DNA of 54,268 nt from a virus. Its lineage: Duplodnaviria; Caudoviricetes. The position numbers were made by a program, and so were the translations under genes. A model generated the notes under the pieces. The model was not told the origin of the DNA. It did no database searches and saw only the letters and a program-made list of their open reading frames with translations. The stretch covers positions 1-54,268 of IMG/VR virus record IMGVR_UViG_3300004153_000002. One strand, given 5' to 3'. The first letter of the stretch is position 1; each line of letters begins with the position of its first letter. Positions 9,694-19,345 of the stretch are shown here, piece after piece.

Positions 9694-10248
9694 ATGAACT
9701 ACACTGATGTTGCAATCTCAATGCACAATAACAATATCGTCGCTATACCAGTTCACAAAAGTAAAATTGCTGTATCTGCTGAATGGTCAAGGCTGGAATA
9801 TAAAACCAACAGCAGGCTGAAAACTCAAACACGGTTCGCCTACGACCATCATGGAATTGCCATTTTGACCGGCAAAGCATCCGACAACCTGGAAGCCATC
9901 GACATTGATTGCTATCATATGCAAACCACCAAATATGGTGGCGATCTTGCCCTTGATATCATGAAGAAAATAAAGGGATGTCCGCTACTGCGAATGGTTA
10001 TTTTCTGCATGATCAAAACACCCCGTGGCGGCTATCACCTAATATATCGCTGTGAAGAAGTTGGACCGCCTCAGTACCTTGCTACCATCAATGGCGAACG
10101 GGTTATTTCATCCAAAGGTGAGAAAGGCTACATCGTGACTTATCCGACACCAGGCTATGAGGCATTGCAGATACAGGATATCCCACATATTACGCCAGCA
10201 CAGCGCAATATGTTGTTTAGTATCCTACGTGCCTACAATCGCCCGTAA
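9694..10248 (+). CDS. Stand-alone Prim-Pol (bifunctional primase/polymerase) domain protein
   Basis: GIAILTG, LEAIDID, KTPRGGYHLIYR, GEKGYIVTYPTPGY; paralog of the next gene's N-terminus. Confidence 0.8.
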   Translation: MNYTDVAISMHNNNIVAIPVHKSKIAVSAEWSRLEYKTNSRLKTQTRFAYDHHGIAILTGKASDNLEAIDIDCYHMQTTKYGGDLALDIMKKIKGCPLLRMVIFCMIKTPRGGYHLIYRCEEVGPPQYLATINGERVISSKGEKGYIVTYPTPGYEALQIQDIPHITPAQRNMLFSILRAYNRP

Positions 10249-10299
10249 AGCATATTTGTGTTGATCTGGTATATTTTTTAAAATGGCAAAGACGATCGT

Positions 10300-12822
10300 A
10301 TGACCAATAAGTTGATAAAATCAGCGAAAGCATATTTAGAACTGGGCATTCCCGCAATACCACTGGACGCAAATAAACGTTCCATCCTTTATTGGAAGAA
10401 GTACCAGGAGCAGTTACCAACAGCAGATGAAATCGATCAGAATTTCTCATCAGCTAAAACGGTCGGTTTAGCCATCATCACCGGTAAAATATCCGGTAAT
10501 ATGGAAGCGATCGACGTAGACTGCAAATATGACCTGACCGGTACGCTGTTCGATGACATGATGCAAAGGGTAGTCGATGAAATGCCGGACGTGGCCGCAA
10601 AATTGGTTATTGCAAAAACAGTTAATGGTGGTTATCATATCATTTACCGTTCGCCTAAAATTGAAGGTAACCGTAAATTAGCCAGCCGTGAAACAACTGA
10701 AGAAGAGAAGGCGAAAAACCCACACGAAAAGCACAAGGCTTTAATCGAAACACGTGGTGAAGCAGGTTACATCGCAGCAGTTCCGACACCTGGTTATTCC
10801 TTCACATCAAACAGCATACGGGAAATTCCCGTTCTTACAAGCGAAGAAAGGGACCACCTGCATGAAATAGCGCGTTCGTTTAATCAAGTGGTTGAAATGG
10901 TATCCCACAAGTCACAGTTTATTGAGCAAAAGCCAATGAGCAAAAGCCCGTTTGCCGATTACAATGAACGTGGTGACATAGTACAACTGCTTACCAGTCA
11001 TGGGTGGAAATTCGTCTATGAACGTAACGATAAAGTGTATTTCCAGCGTCCAGGCGATACACAGGCAAAGACTTCAGGCGACTTTCATCGTGTCAAAAAC
11101 ATATTTGCCGTTTTCACGTCATCTACCATATTCGAAGTGAATAAAGGCTACAAACCATGTGCTGTATTTACCATACTTGAATGTAATGGCGACTACAAAC
11201 AGTCTTATAAAAAATTACTTGCCGCCGGATTCGGAGAAGCATTCCGCAAGATAGGGAATGAACAACGGCGCTTTGTTGAAAAGCAATTATCAACCGGGAT
11301 GACAACAGGCGCCGCAGCACTGGCAATGGCTGATAAATTTGCCATGACTGAAGAAGATGCAGAAAAGATCGTTAACGCCGTAGTAAATGAAGAAGAAGCC
11401 GGCATCAATGAATTTTGGGACTATAACGAAGCCCTTAACAAAGTGGCATTACCAAGGGCGAAGTTCGTTGACTTCCTGGAATCTAACGGCTTTGGACTGT
11501 ATTTTTATGATCAGTCATCACCGGTTTTTAAAGTCGTGCATAATGACCGTAACCGCCTTACAGAGGTGTCCAGTGAGCGCCTGCGTAAGTTCATCAAAGA
11601 TTACCTGATGTTATTCGAACCTGAAAGCGGTGTGTTGTACCCTAAACAGCTCCTATTAGAGTGTGTTTATAAGGATACCAAACTTTTCGGCGACGATATA
11701 CTTGAATTTGTTAATCATGTAAACCCTGACTTCCTCCGTGATAGCAAAGACGTTTGTTATTACCCGTTCAATAACGGCATTGTTGAGATCACCGCAAATA
11801 GTATGAAGCTGTTGAACTACGGTGATGTTAACAAAGTAATATGGAAGTCAGATATCCGCGACGCAAATATAGACCTTGAACCGACAGAAGATTTTGAATG
11901 TGAGTTTAGCGACTTCATTTTCAAAGTGTGTGGGCAAGATCCAGCACGTACACTTTCCGCTGTTTCTATCATAGGTTATTTGCTGCATAAATACAAGCAT
12001 CCGGCCAACGCATTCGCCGTTATACTCTGTGAAGAAACTGAAGACGATGCAAAAGGTGGCGGAACGGGTAAAGGGTTATTCGTAAAGGGTATTGAGCATA
12101 TGACCAACATAGAAACGATAGATGGTAAGAATTTCAAAATGGACAAATCCTTTGCCTTTCAGCGTGTAAAGATGGATACTAAAATAGTGGCCATTCAGGA
12201 CATTCAGAAGAACTTTAATTTCGAATTGTTCTACAGCATTATTACTGAAGGCATCACCATTGAGAAGAAGAACCAGGCTGAGTTATTTATTAACTATGAA
12301 GACAGCCCAAAGGTAATGTTCACATCCAATTACGGCATGAACGACAGCGGGAATCATGCTAAACGTCGTCAAAAGACCATTGAGTTCAGCGATTATTTCG
12401 GACCTGGCAAATCACCAGCTGACGAATATGGACACTTAATGTATGCAGATTGGGACAAAGACGAATGGAACCGGTTTTATAATTACATGTTTTATTGTGT
12501 TAAATACTATCTGGAATTTGGTGTTGCCGATGTTGATCAGGGTGATAAATATAAGCGAAAAAAAGTCAGCAATATGTTCACCCCGGAGTTCACAGAATGG
12601 TATCTTGATTTGGTCGAAAATGACAACCATGAGTGGCACCAAACCTCGGCACTGTATAACGATTTTTTAAATGTGAACGATTGGGACAAGAAGGAATATT
12701 CGCAAAAACGGTTCAAATTAGCCCTTAAAGTGGCGTCGGAGAACTTCAATATCGGGTTCGAAAGTAAGAAAAACCGACAGGCGGGGGGCAAGTATGAGAA
12801 CCGCTTTTTGAAAAAGATTTAA
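10300..12822 (+). CDS. Prim-Pol primase fused to SF3/D5-like helicase (replication initiator)
   Basis: MEAIDVD, KTVNGGYHIIYR, ETRGEAGYI; PFNNG, GGTGKG Walker A, IQD Walker B, FTSN sensor. Confidence 0.9.
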   Translation: MTNKLIKSAKAYLELGIPAIPLDANKRSILYWKKYQEQLPTADEIDQNFSSAKTVGLAIITGKISGNMEAIDVDCKYDLTGTLFDDMMQRVVDEMPDVAAKLVIAKTVNGGYHIIYRSPKIEGNRKLASRETTEEEKAKNPHEKHKALIETRGEAGYIAAVPTPGYSFTSNSIREIPVLTSEERDHLHEIARSFNQVVEMVSHKSQFIEQKPMSKSPFADYNERGDIVQLLTSHGWKFVYERNDKVYFQRPGDTQAKTSGDFHRVKNIFAVFTSSTIFEVNKGYKPCAVFTILECNGDYKQSYKKLLAAGFGEAFRKIGNEQRRFVEKQLSTGMTTGAAALAMADKFAMTEEDAEKIVNAVVNEEEAGINEFWDYNEALNKVALPRAKFVDFLESNGFGLYFYDQSSPVFKVVHNDRNRLTEVSSERLRKFIKDYLMLFEPESGVLYPKQLLLECVYKDTKLFGDDILEFVNHVNPDFLRDSKDVCYYPFNNGIVEITANSMKLLNYGDVNKVIWKSDIRDANIDLEPTEDFECEFSDFIFKVCGQDPARTLSAVSIIGYLLHKYKHPANAFAVILCEETEDDAKGGGTGKGLFVKGIEHMTNIETIDGKNFKMDKSFAFQRVKMDTKIVAIQDIQKNFNFELFYSIITEGITIEKKNQAELFINYEDSPKVMFTSNYGMNDSGNHAKRRQKTIEFSDYFGPGKSPADEYGHLMYADWDKDEWNRFYNYMFYCVKYYLEFGVADVDQGDKYKRKKVSNMFTPEFTEWYLDLVENDNHEWHQTSALYNDFLNVNDWDKKEYSQKRFKLALKVASENFNIGFESKKNRQAGGKYENRFLKKI

Positions 12823-12826
12823 GGGC

Positions 12827-13175
12827 GGACCAGATTCGGACCACATATTTTGGTAGTTTTTGGGCCTTTGGTTCCTATTTACGAACCTTTTTCGACAGTT
12901 GCATTGGCTCTGGTGGCTGTTTGGACCAATTCGGACCAAAAGTGAACCACGTTTTGGACCAGATCAAATCCGCCGTGGTGGCCATTTGGACCACATGGAC
13001 CAGATGTGTTGCACTTTTTTTAGCCCTATTTTCTATTTGTTTCCTTTACCCTTTAATTTATTATTTATTTATTTATACTAAATATAGAAGATAATGTGGT
13101 CCATGTGGTCCAAATAGCCACTAGCAAGGGTTTGATATGGTCCTACTTTTGGTACTTAACTGGTCCATGTGGTCC
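12827..13175. repeat. Putative replication origin A: oppositely oriented GGACCA iteron arrays around an AT-rich core
   Basis: 7 GGACC (12827-13001), AT-rich core ~13015-13095, 5 GGTCC (13098-13175), right after the primase-helicase gene. Confidence 0.75.
12870..12887. promoter_or_regulatory. Operator copy inside origin A (GGTTCCTATTTACGAACC), no matching -7 box
   Basis: 1 mismatch to the GGTTCGTA-TT-TACGAACC palindrome. Confidence 0.65.
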
Positions 13176-13226
13176 AAACGGTTTTTACAGTTAAAATACT
13201 ATCACTTTAATAAAAACTTAAATATC

Positions 13227-13883
13227 ATGGCAATTGAAACTTATCAGGACTTTTTTAAGGAGAATGGAATGATCGAAGAGCATAACCATCATTTCCACCG
13301 TTCGAATTATATCCATCCTACCTGCGTGATTTATCCTGGCGTTGTGATGCAGGAAAACAACTACTTCGGACCTTACTGTGTGATAGGCGCACCGGCAGAA
13401 CACAAAGAAGGGTGGAATCCACAAAACAGCGGCCGCGTTATAATTGGAAGTAACAATAAATTCACTGGTCATGTTACCATTGATTCGGCACTTACGTCTC
13501 CAGGGTTTACTAACATCGGTGATGGAATAATGATGATGAAACACTCACACGTGGGACATGATGCTACTATCTGTAATGATGTTATCTTGTCAGTAGGGGC
13601 TATCATTGGTGGACATGCGTTGCTGTGCATAGGTGTAAACGTTGGATGCGGTGCTTTTATTCATCAGCGTAAGGTTGTGGCGCCATACTGCATGATCGGT
13701 GCAGGCGCTGTGGTATCTAAACGGCTGAGGACAGATGCTTTCTTCATCTATGCTGGTGTGCCTGCAAAGCAAATCGGAGAAAATAAAATTCAGATGCAAA
13801 ACTTCACTTCTGATGAACTTGATATAATTTCTAATAACTTTAAACAAAATCTCACCGACTATGAACAATATACCAAGAAATAA
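13227..13883 (+). CDS. Hexapeptide-repeat acyl/acetyltransferase, LpxA-like
   Basis: Left-handed beta-helix repeats, HSHVGHD, GGH, YAGVPAK; start moved to ATG 13227 because upstream sequence is iteron DNA. Confidence 0.85.
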   Translation: MAIETYQDFFKENGMIEEHNHHFHRSNYIHPTCVIYPGVVMQENNYFGPYCVIGAPAEHKEGWNPQNSGRVIIGSNNKFTGHVTIDSALTSPGFTNIGDGIMMMKHSHVGHDATICNDVILSVGAIIGGHALLCIGVNVGCGAFIHQRKVVAPYCMIGAGAVVSKRLRTDAFFIYAGVPAKQIGENKIQMQNFTSDELDIISNNFKQNLTDYEQYTKK

Positions 13884-14604
13884 AGTAGTGATTTTACTAC
13901 TTTCTTTTGAACGATACGAATTGATGGCCCGTGCAGTTGCTGCCAACATCAAGAATGCCGGCGTTTCGGTTGACGTCATCGCCCTGGACCAGGGAAGCAA
14001 AGATCCACGCGTTATGGAGTACCTGAACACGGTTTGTGATCAGGTATACCAGTCTAAAAACAACATAGGGATAGCCGAAGGGTTGAATTTCCTGCTGAAA
14101 AAGGCGATGGATCAAGGCTACACCTACTTTCAATTCATGGCAAACGACATCGTGGAGCAATACAACTGGATAGCTAACAAAATAGTAGCATATGTGTGGC
14201 GTGAAGGTAAACCCTACGGTGTTCGCCATGGTATGCTGTCAACTTATCCCGGAAACGGGCCTATTCCGTCCGAACCGTGCCACGTTATCGGCCAGTTCAT
14301 GTTAACCCGTGATATCGTCGAAAAAGTGGGTTATTTCAAGAATTTCGGCACTTTATACGCTCCGATTGACAACGATTATAACGTTAGATGCGAAAAAATG
14401 GGTTTTCAGAACCGTTACCTGTATGATTTGAGGTCCACCCACATTGACCGGAATGACGAAATTTATGGATATGACAAGGCTGCACAGATAAAGCAGACAT
14501 GGCCAGTGCATGAAGCCGACAGCGAAAAATACACGGCTGAAAACGCCTTCATCGACTATCAGGACGGTGGCTATAACATCAACATGGTAGATGCAATACA
14601 GTAG
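13861..14604 (+). CDS. Glycosyltransferase family 2 (GT-A)
   Basis: ALDQGSKD, NIGIAEGLN, MAND, VGYF, DNDYNVR. Confidence 0.85.
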   Translation: MNNIPRNKVVILLLSFERYELMARAVAANIKNAGVSVDVIALDQGSKDPRVMEYLNTVCDQVYQSKNNIGIAEGLNFLLKKAMDQGYTYFQFMANDIVEQYNWIANKIVAYVWREGKPYGVRHGMLSTYPGNGPIPSEPCHVIGQFMLTRDIVEKVGYFKNFGTLYAPIDNDYNVRCEKMGFQNRYLYDLRSTHIDRNDEIYGYDKAAQIKQTWPVHEADSEKYTAENAFIDYQDGGYNINMVDAIQ

Positions 14605-14623
14605 GATGGCCGCATGAGGTTTG

Positions 14624-14652
14624 AGTACCTGAAGAAATTCAGGTACTTTTTT
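14624..14652 (+). terminator. Intrinsic terminator
   Basis: AGTACCTGAA-GAAA-TTCAGGTACT plus T-run. Confidence 0.75.
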
Positions 14653-14677
14653 GTTGTATATAGTATATTTTTGTTAC

Positions 14678-15247
14678 ATGCTGGATGATAGACAAATAAT
14701 GTTCTGTGAACTATACATCACCTACGGTAACGCTACGAAGGCCGCGAAGCAAAGCGGATATTCGGAGAACAACCCCGGCCAGGTAGGGCATGAACTTTTA
14801 AAGAATCCTGAGATTAAACAGTACCTCAAAGACCGGCATGAAGCGTTAAGAAAAAATCATGGTGTTGACAGGGATATGATGATTAACGAGTTAAAAAAGC
14901 TGATGACCTTCAATGTGAAGGAACTGTTCAATGATGATGACACACAGAAGGCTATGTCAGACATAACCGTTGATGCAGCAGCAGCCATCACCACTGTTAA
15001 ATTCGGTCAAGGTAAAGACACTTCAGGCAATAACGTATTGATAATCGAAGAGTATAAAACAGCGAATAAGATAGACGCCATATCTGCGTTAGCGAAGATG
15101 TTAGGCGTGGCTGGTCCTGAAGATCCAAGCAAGAACAAACAACTGTTGACAATTGATGAAATAGAGATCATAGACCACAACCCGGACGCAAACGAGAAGC
15201 CAGTATACGACGAACCTAAACCAATTACCGATGGGAATGCAGATTGA
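14678..15247 (+). CDS. terS: Terminase small subunit
   Basis: RQIMFCELY...NATKAAKQSGYS...LLKNPEI; KIDAISALAKMLG; upstream of TerL. Confidence 0.88.
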   Translation: MLDDRQIMFCELYITYGNATKAAKQSGYSENNPGQVGHELLKNPEIKQYLKDRHEALRKNHGVDRDMMINELKKLMTFNVKELFNDDDTQKAMSDITVDAAAAITTVKFGQGKDTSGNNVLIIEEYKTANKIDAISALAKMLGVAGPEDPSKNKQLLTIDEIEIIDHNPDANEKPVYDEPKPITDGNAD

Positions 15248-16481
15248 AGATTTGGGCGGGGGCCGTGGTAAGTTGCAGGCGACCAGAGTGTTTGGGCGTC
15301 TGCTGAATAATTTCAAACGTGCGTTGTTCAATGTGTTTGTGATGGAAGGGGGCAGCAGGTCCAGCAAAACAATATCCATCATCCAATTTTGGATGTTATA
15401 TGCACAACACAATGCAGCCAGCCCTAAACGTGTTGTTATCTGTCGCAAACGTGCCAGCTGGATCAAAGGAACGGTGTTGAACGACTTCATAAAAGTGCTG
15501 AAAGCATATGGCTGGTACAATGAACGCAGCCACAACAAAACACATAACATCTACACCCTGTTTGGAACTGAATTTTGGTTCATAGGGCTGGATGATCAAC
15601 AGAAATTACACGGCTTAACCTGCGATGCGTTCTGGATCAACGAAGCCATAGAGGCCAGCAACGATGATTTTGACCAACTGGAACAAAGATGTTCCGGTTT
15701 TGCTATTTTAGACTACAATCCGTCAGAGGAAGAACACTGGATATATGACAAGGTGATAAAACGTGATAACTGTAGCTTTATGCACAGTACTATGTTGGAT
15801 AACGCCTTCCTGCCATTGAACATGCGCCTGAAGATTCTGTCATACGAACCTACCGAAGCGAACTACAGACAAGGGACAGTCGATAAGCGCAAGTGGGATA
15901 TTTACGGTCTGGGTAAACGTGCTAAAATTGAAGGTCTGGTGTTTCCTGAAATCGAAATTGTACCGCGTATCCCTGAATGGGTTAAACACATTCCGCAAGG
16001 TCTGGATTTTGGATATACAAACGATGTTACTGCACATTCAAACACTGCATACTCCATACCTCACAACACTATATGGATACAGGAATTGTGCTATCAGACG
16101 CATATGTTGACGAAAGACATTATAGCACATATCAAGGCGAATAACAACCGTCAGAAGGTGATATCTGAAAGTGCTGATCCTCGTTTAATTGCAGAAATTG
16201 AAATGGCAGGTATCAATATATGGGGTATTGAGAAAGGCGCTGGTTCAGTGGTTGCAGGTATCGACAAAATGAAGGGAATGAAAATCTGTGTAACTGAAGA
16301 TAGCTACAACACGATAAAGGAGTTTAAAAACTACACCTACCAGCAGAACAAAGCAGGCAAGTTCCTGAACGTTCCAATTGATGATTTTAACCACATTATT
16401 GATGGCAGCAGGTACGTTACATTGAGTGAAATTTTAGGACAAGGCCAGCCGGGGACCAAATGGCGTGGCGCATTACATTAA
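15231..16481 (+). CDS. terL: Terminase large subunit, PBSX/SPP1-like
   Basis: GGSRSSKT, WINEA, DYNP, GLDFGY, NHIIDGSRY. Confidence 0.93.
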   Translation: MGMQIEDLGGGRGKLQATRVFGRLLNNFKRALFNVFVMEGGSRSSKTISIIQFWMLYAQHNAASPKRVVICRKRASWIKGTVLNDFIKVLKAYGWYNERSHNKTHNIYTLFGTEFWFIGLDDQQKLHGLTCDAFWINEAIEASNDDFDQLEQRCSGFAILDYNPSEEEHWIYDKVIKRDNCSFMHSTMLDNAFLPLNMRLKILSYEPTEANYRQGTVDKRKWDIYGLGKRAKIEGLVFPEIEIVPRIPEWVKHIPQGLDFGYTNDVTAHSNTAYSIPHNTIWIQELCYQTHMLTKDIIAHIKANNNRQKVISESADPRLIAEIEMAGINIWGIEKGAGSVVAGIDKMKGMKICVTEDSYNTIKEFKNYTYQQNKAGKFLNVPIDDFNHIIDGSRYVTLSEILGQGQPGTKWRGALH

Positions 16482-16484
16482 GAT

Positions 16485-16859
16485 ATGAAAAAGCTAAACA
16501 CTATCATTCCATTAGTTATTTATCCATTCGATATAATGTTTTCATTTGGCGAATCAGATAAAGAGTTAAAACGTGCTATGCGTGAGAACAATTTTAAGTG
16601 GAAGTTTGATTGCAAGTTCGTTGACGGAACAAATGGATATTTTAAAAAGACAAAGCAAGGCGGATTAATACGATTGAAGCATATGCCTATAGATCCATCT
16701 GGATACGCTATGTTACAGCACGAAATATTTCATGCGGTAGAAACATCGCTAAGTTATTTCGGATTTACTCTGACTGACGCTTCCTGTGAAGCCTATGCGT
16801 ATTTAATAGGATATTTAACAGAGAAAGTATATGAAATTTTAAAGGTTAAAAGACATTAA
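16485..16859 (+). CDS. Small HExxH metallopeptidase-like protein
   Basis: HEIFH followed by EAYAY. Confidence 0.6.
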   Translation: MKKLNTIIPLVIYPFDIMFSFGESDKELKRAMRENNFKWKFDCKFVDGTNGYFKKTKQGGLIRLKHMPIDPSGYAMLQHEIFHAVETSLSYFGFTLTDASCEAYAYLIGYLTEKVYEILKVKRH

Positions 16860-16864
16860 ATTTG
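16857..16864 (+). promoter_or_regulatory. Bacteroidota -7 promoter box (TAAATTTG) for the GT/portal transcript
   Basis: Exact TAnnTTTG ending 18 nt before ATG 16883. Confidence 0.5.
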
Positions 16865-16882
16865 CAGTAAATCAACAACAAC

Positions 16883-17917
16883 ATGACAGAGAAGATTAAA
16901 GCATTAGCAATAAACACAGAAAATTCAGGATGCAGCTATCATCGTATATTGCTGCCTTTTTTGTATGGCGGAAAGTACGTAGCTGACTTCACCAGTAACG
17001 ATATTAATGACCGGCTGAAGGAAGCTGACATTGTGGTATTTAACCGTGACTTTCCTGTTGGTGGATTACCGCACTTGAAGAAGCTGAAAGCACAATACGG
17101 TTTTAAAGTCTGTTTAGACCTGGACGACTACTGGCGTTTGTATCCTGGCCACTTTCTATACGATTATTACAAGTATCACAACATTGAACAAACGATCAGG
17201 GACAATATAAAGTTTGCTGACGTGGTAACGGTGACTACTGAACGTTTAGCAGCAAAGGTCCGCCAGTTGAATGAAAACGTACATGTGATACCTAATGCGT
17301 TGCCATATGGTCATGGTCAATTTGCGAAGCCTGCTGGCCTACCTAAACGCAAACAGTTTAATTTTATCTATGCCGGCCAGAAAAGTCACCTCCATGACAT
17401 CAAGACTATCAAAAACGACCTGTTAGAAGTTTCACGAAACCATTTGGATGCAGCCTTTACCCTGGCAGGGTACGACGAAGGCCGTGACGGTGTTTGGAAG
17501 AAGATAGAAGAGGCATTCACCAGCAATGGTAAACTTCGTAATTACACCCGGATCAACAACATGCCACTTGAAGCATATTTGAACGTACTGCGTGGTGCTG
17601 ATGCGGTAATTGTACCACTGGAAGAAAATGAATTTAACGGCTGTAAAAGCAATTTAAAGATATTGGAAGCAGGCGTGTACGCATTGCCTGTTATCTGTCA
17701 AAATACAGCCCCGTACAGTGATTGTGAGGCACCTGTTTATTTTGCCGAAACATCCGCAGATTGGAAATATTACATGGAACAGCTACTATCGGATAGATTT
17801 ACCGCTATGGCAAAAGGGCGGGAATTACAGGAGTGGTGCAGGCGCAATCACGATCTTGCATCATGGAACGAAAAACGTTTTCAAATCTTAAAAAACACTA
17901 TTCATGAAAATAACTGA
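16883..17917 (+). CDS. Glycosyltransferase, GT4-like (GT-B)
   Basis: GCSYHRI, DLDDYW, VIPNAL, VPLEENEFNGCKSNLKILEAG. Confidence 0.85.
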   Translation: MTEKIKALAINTENSGCSYHRILLPFLYGGKYVADFTSNDINDRLKEADIVVFNRDFPVGGLPHLKKLKAQYGFKVCLDLDDYWRLYPGHFLYDYYKYHNIEQTIRDNIKFADVVTVTTERLAAKVRQLNENVHVIPNALPYGHGQFAKPAGLPKRKQFNFIYAGQKSHLHDIKTIKNDLLEVSRNHLDAAFTLAGYDEGRDGVWKKIEEAFTSNGKLRNYTRINNMPLEAYLNVLRGADAVIVPLEENEFNGCKSNLKILEAGVYALPVICQNTAPYSDCEAPVYFAETSADWKYYMEQLLSDRFTAMAKGRELQEWCRRNHDLASWNEKRFQILKNTIHENN

Positions 17918-19334
17918 CTTTGTAAACATTGAAGCCTCTAAATTCCCTGAAATCATGACAGCCGTTAAAACATACGGTAAAAGTGATGTTATGAAGTGGC
18001 TGAAGCAGATGAACCCTATGGAACATGATGTGATGAAGACCGACATCAGGAAGGATAAAATCATCAATACCAGCAGCACCGACGGTCCTGAAAAGGCGTC
18101 CGATCTTAAAATTGTTAAGGTTGCCCGCATACCTTTTGCACTTCAGAAGCAGATTACAAGCCGTGCAGCGGCCTTTCTTTGTGGCAACCCTATCACATAC
18201 GAACATGCACCTTTAACAGATCAGCAGCAACCTATATTTGATGTCTTTACCAAGATAATCGACGACAATAAAGTTGATTACAAGAACATCGATCTGGCTA
18301 ATAAGATGATGGGAGAAACACAGGTTGCAGAAATATGGTATGCTGAAAAGGTGGCCGATAAAGACCCCGATTACTGGAATGATACCGCTGCCAAAGGAGC
18401 ACAGTATCGTTTGCGTATGAAGGTTGTCGCTGCCAGTTTAGGCGATGATTTATATCCCGTTTTTGACGATCAGGGTGACATGATAGCGTTTGGCCGTGGC
18501 TACAAAGTCAGTTTAGATAAAAAGACGGTTAACTACTTCGAACTATATGCACAGAATACTACCTACAAAGCAAATGATTCGTCTGGTAGTTACGTAATGA
18601 CACCCGAACCGAATCCGTTTAAAAAGATCAACATCGTTTATTACTGTCAGGATTTGCCAGAGTGGAGCGACGTACAGCCTTTAATTGAAAGGCTTGAAAC
18701 CAGTACCAGCAATACAGCTGATACAAATGATTATTTTGGTGCTCCGATCTTGCTGGCATATGGTAATGTTACCGGCTTCAGTGATAAGGGCGAACAGGGG
18801 AAGCTTTTGCAGATATCAGGCACAAACGGTAAAGTAGAATATTTGACATGGGAAACGGCGGCTGAAGCAGTTAAGAACGAAACGGATTTGCTGCTTCGCA
18901 TGATCTATAACTTAACAGACACGCCGAACATCAGCCTGGAAGAAATGAAAAGCGTCAACACGTTTTCAGGTGTAGCTTTAAAGATGTTGTTTTTAGCAGC
19001 ACACATGAAAGCCGCTACTAAAGCAGGTAATTTCGGTGAATCAGTTCAGCGTCGTATAAACTTGATCAAAGCTGCTATAGCTACCATTGCACCAAATATC
19101 AAGTCAATCACGCAAATTAAGATAGAACCGAAGTTTAAATACTTCCTTCCTGATAACCCTGCCGAAATGATTGATATATTAACCAAAGCGGTGTACGATA
19201 AACCAGTAATGTCACAGGAAACAGCAGTAGCCATGAACCCATTTGTGACTGATCCGAAGAAGGAAATAGAAAAGATGCAGGAAGAAGCAACCGCCGCAGC
19301 TGATGTGGCGCCAGGTAATTTAAACATTGACTAA
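17904..19334 (+). CDS. Portal protein, SPP1 gp6-like
   Basis: Size, position, DLYPVFD, TPNIS...SGVALKMLF, MSQETA. Confidence 0.9.
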   Translation: MKITDFVNIEASKFPEIMTAVKTYGKSDVMKWLKQMNPMEHDVMKTDIRKDKIINTSSTDGPEKASDLKIVKVARIPFALQKQITSRAAAFLCGNPITYEHAPLTDQQQPIFDVFTKIIDDNKVDYKNIDLANKMMGETQVAEIWYAEKVADKDPDYWNDTAAKGAQYRLRMKVVAASLGDDLYPVFDDQGDMIAFGRGYKVSLDKKTVNYFELYAQNTTYKANDSSGSYVMTPEPNPFKKINIVYYCQDLPEWSDVQPLIERLETSTSNTADTNDYFGAPILLAYGNVTGFSDKGEQGKLLQISGTNGKVEYLTWETAAEAVKNETDLLLRMIYNLTDTPNISLEEMKSVNTFSGVALKMLFLAAHMKAATKAGNFGESVQRRINLIKAAIATIAPNIKSITQIKIEPKFKYFLPDNPAEMIDILTKAVYDKPVMSQETAVAMNPFVTDPKKEIEKMQEEATAAADVAPGNLNID

Positions 19335-19345
19335 ACTGCTGTTGT

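Noticed and set aside
12860-13226. ORFs over origin A (12860-13081, extension 13137-13226) and origin B (43565-43765 minus)
   Set aside because: They are translations of iterons and AT-rich core, with low-complexity implausible products
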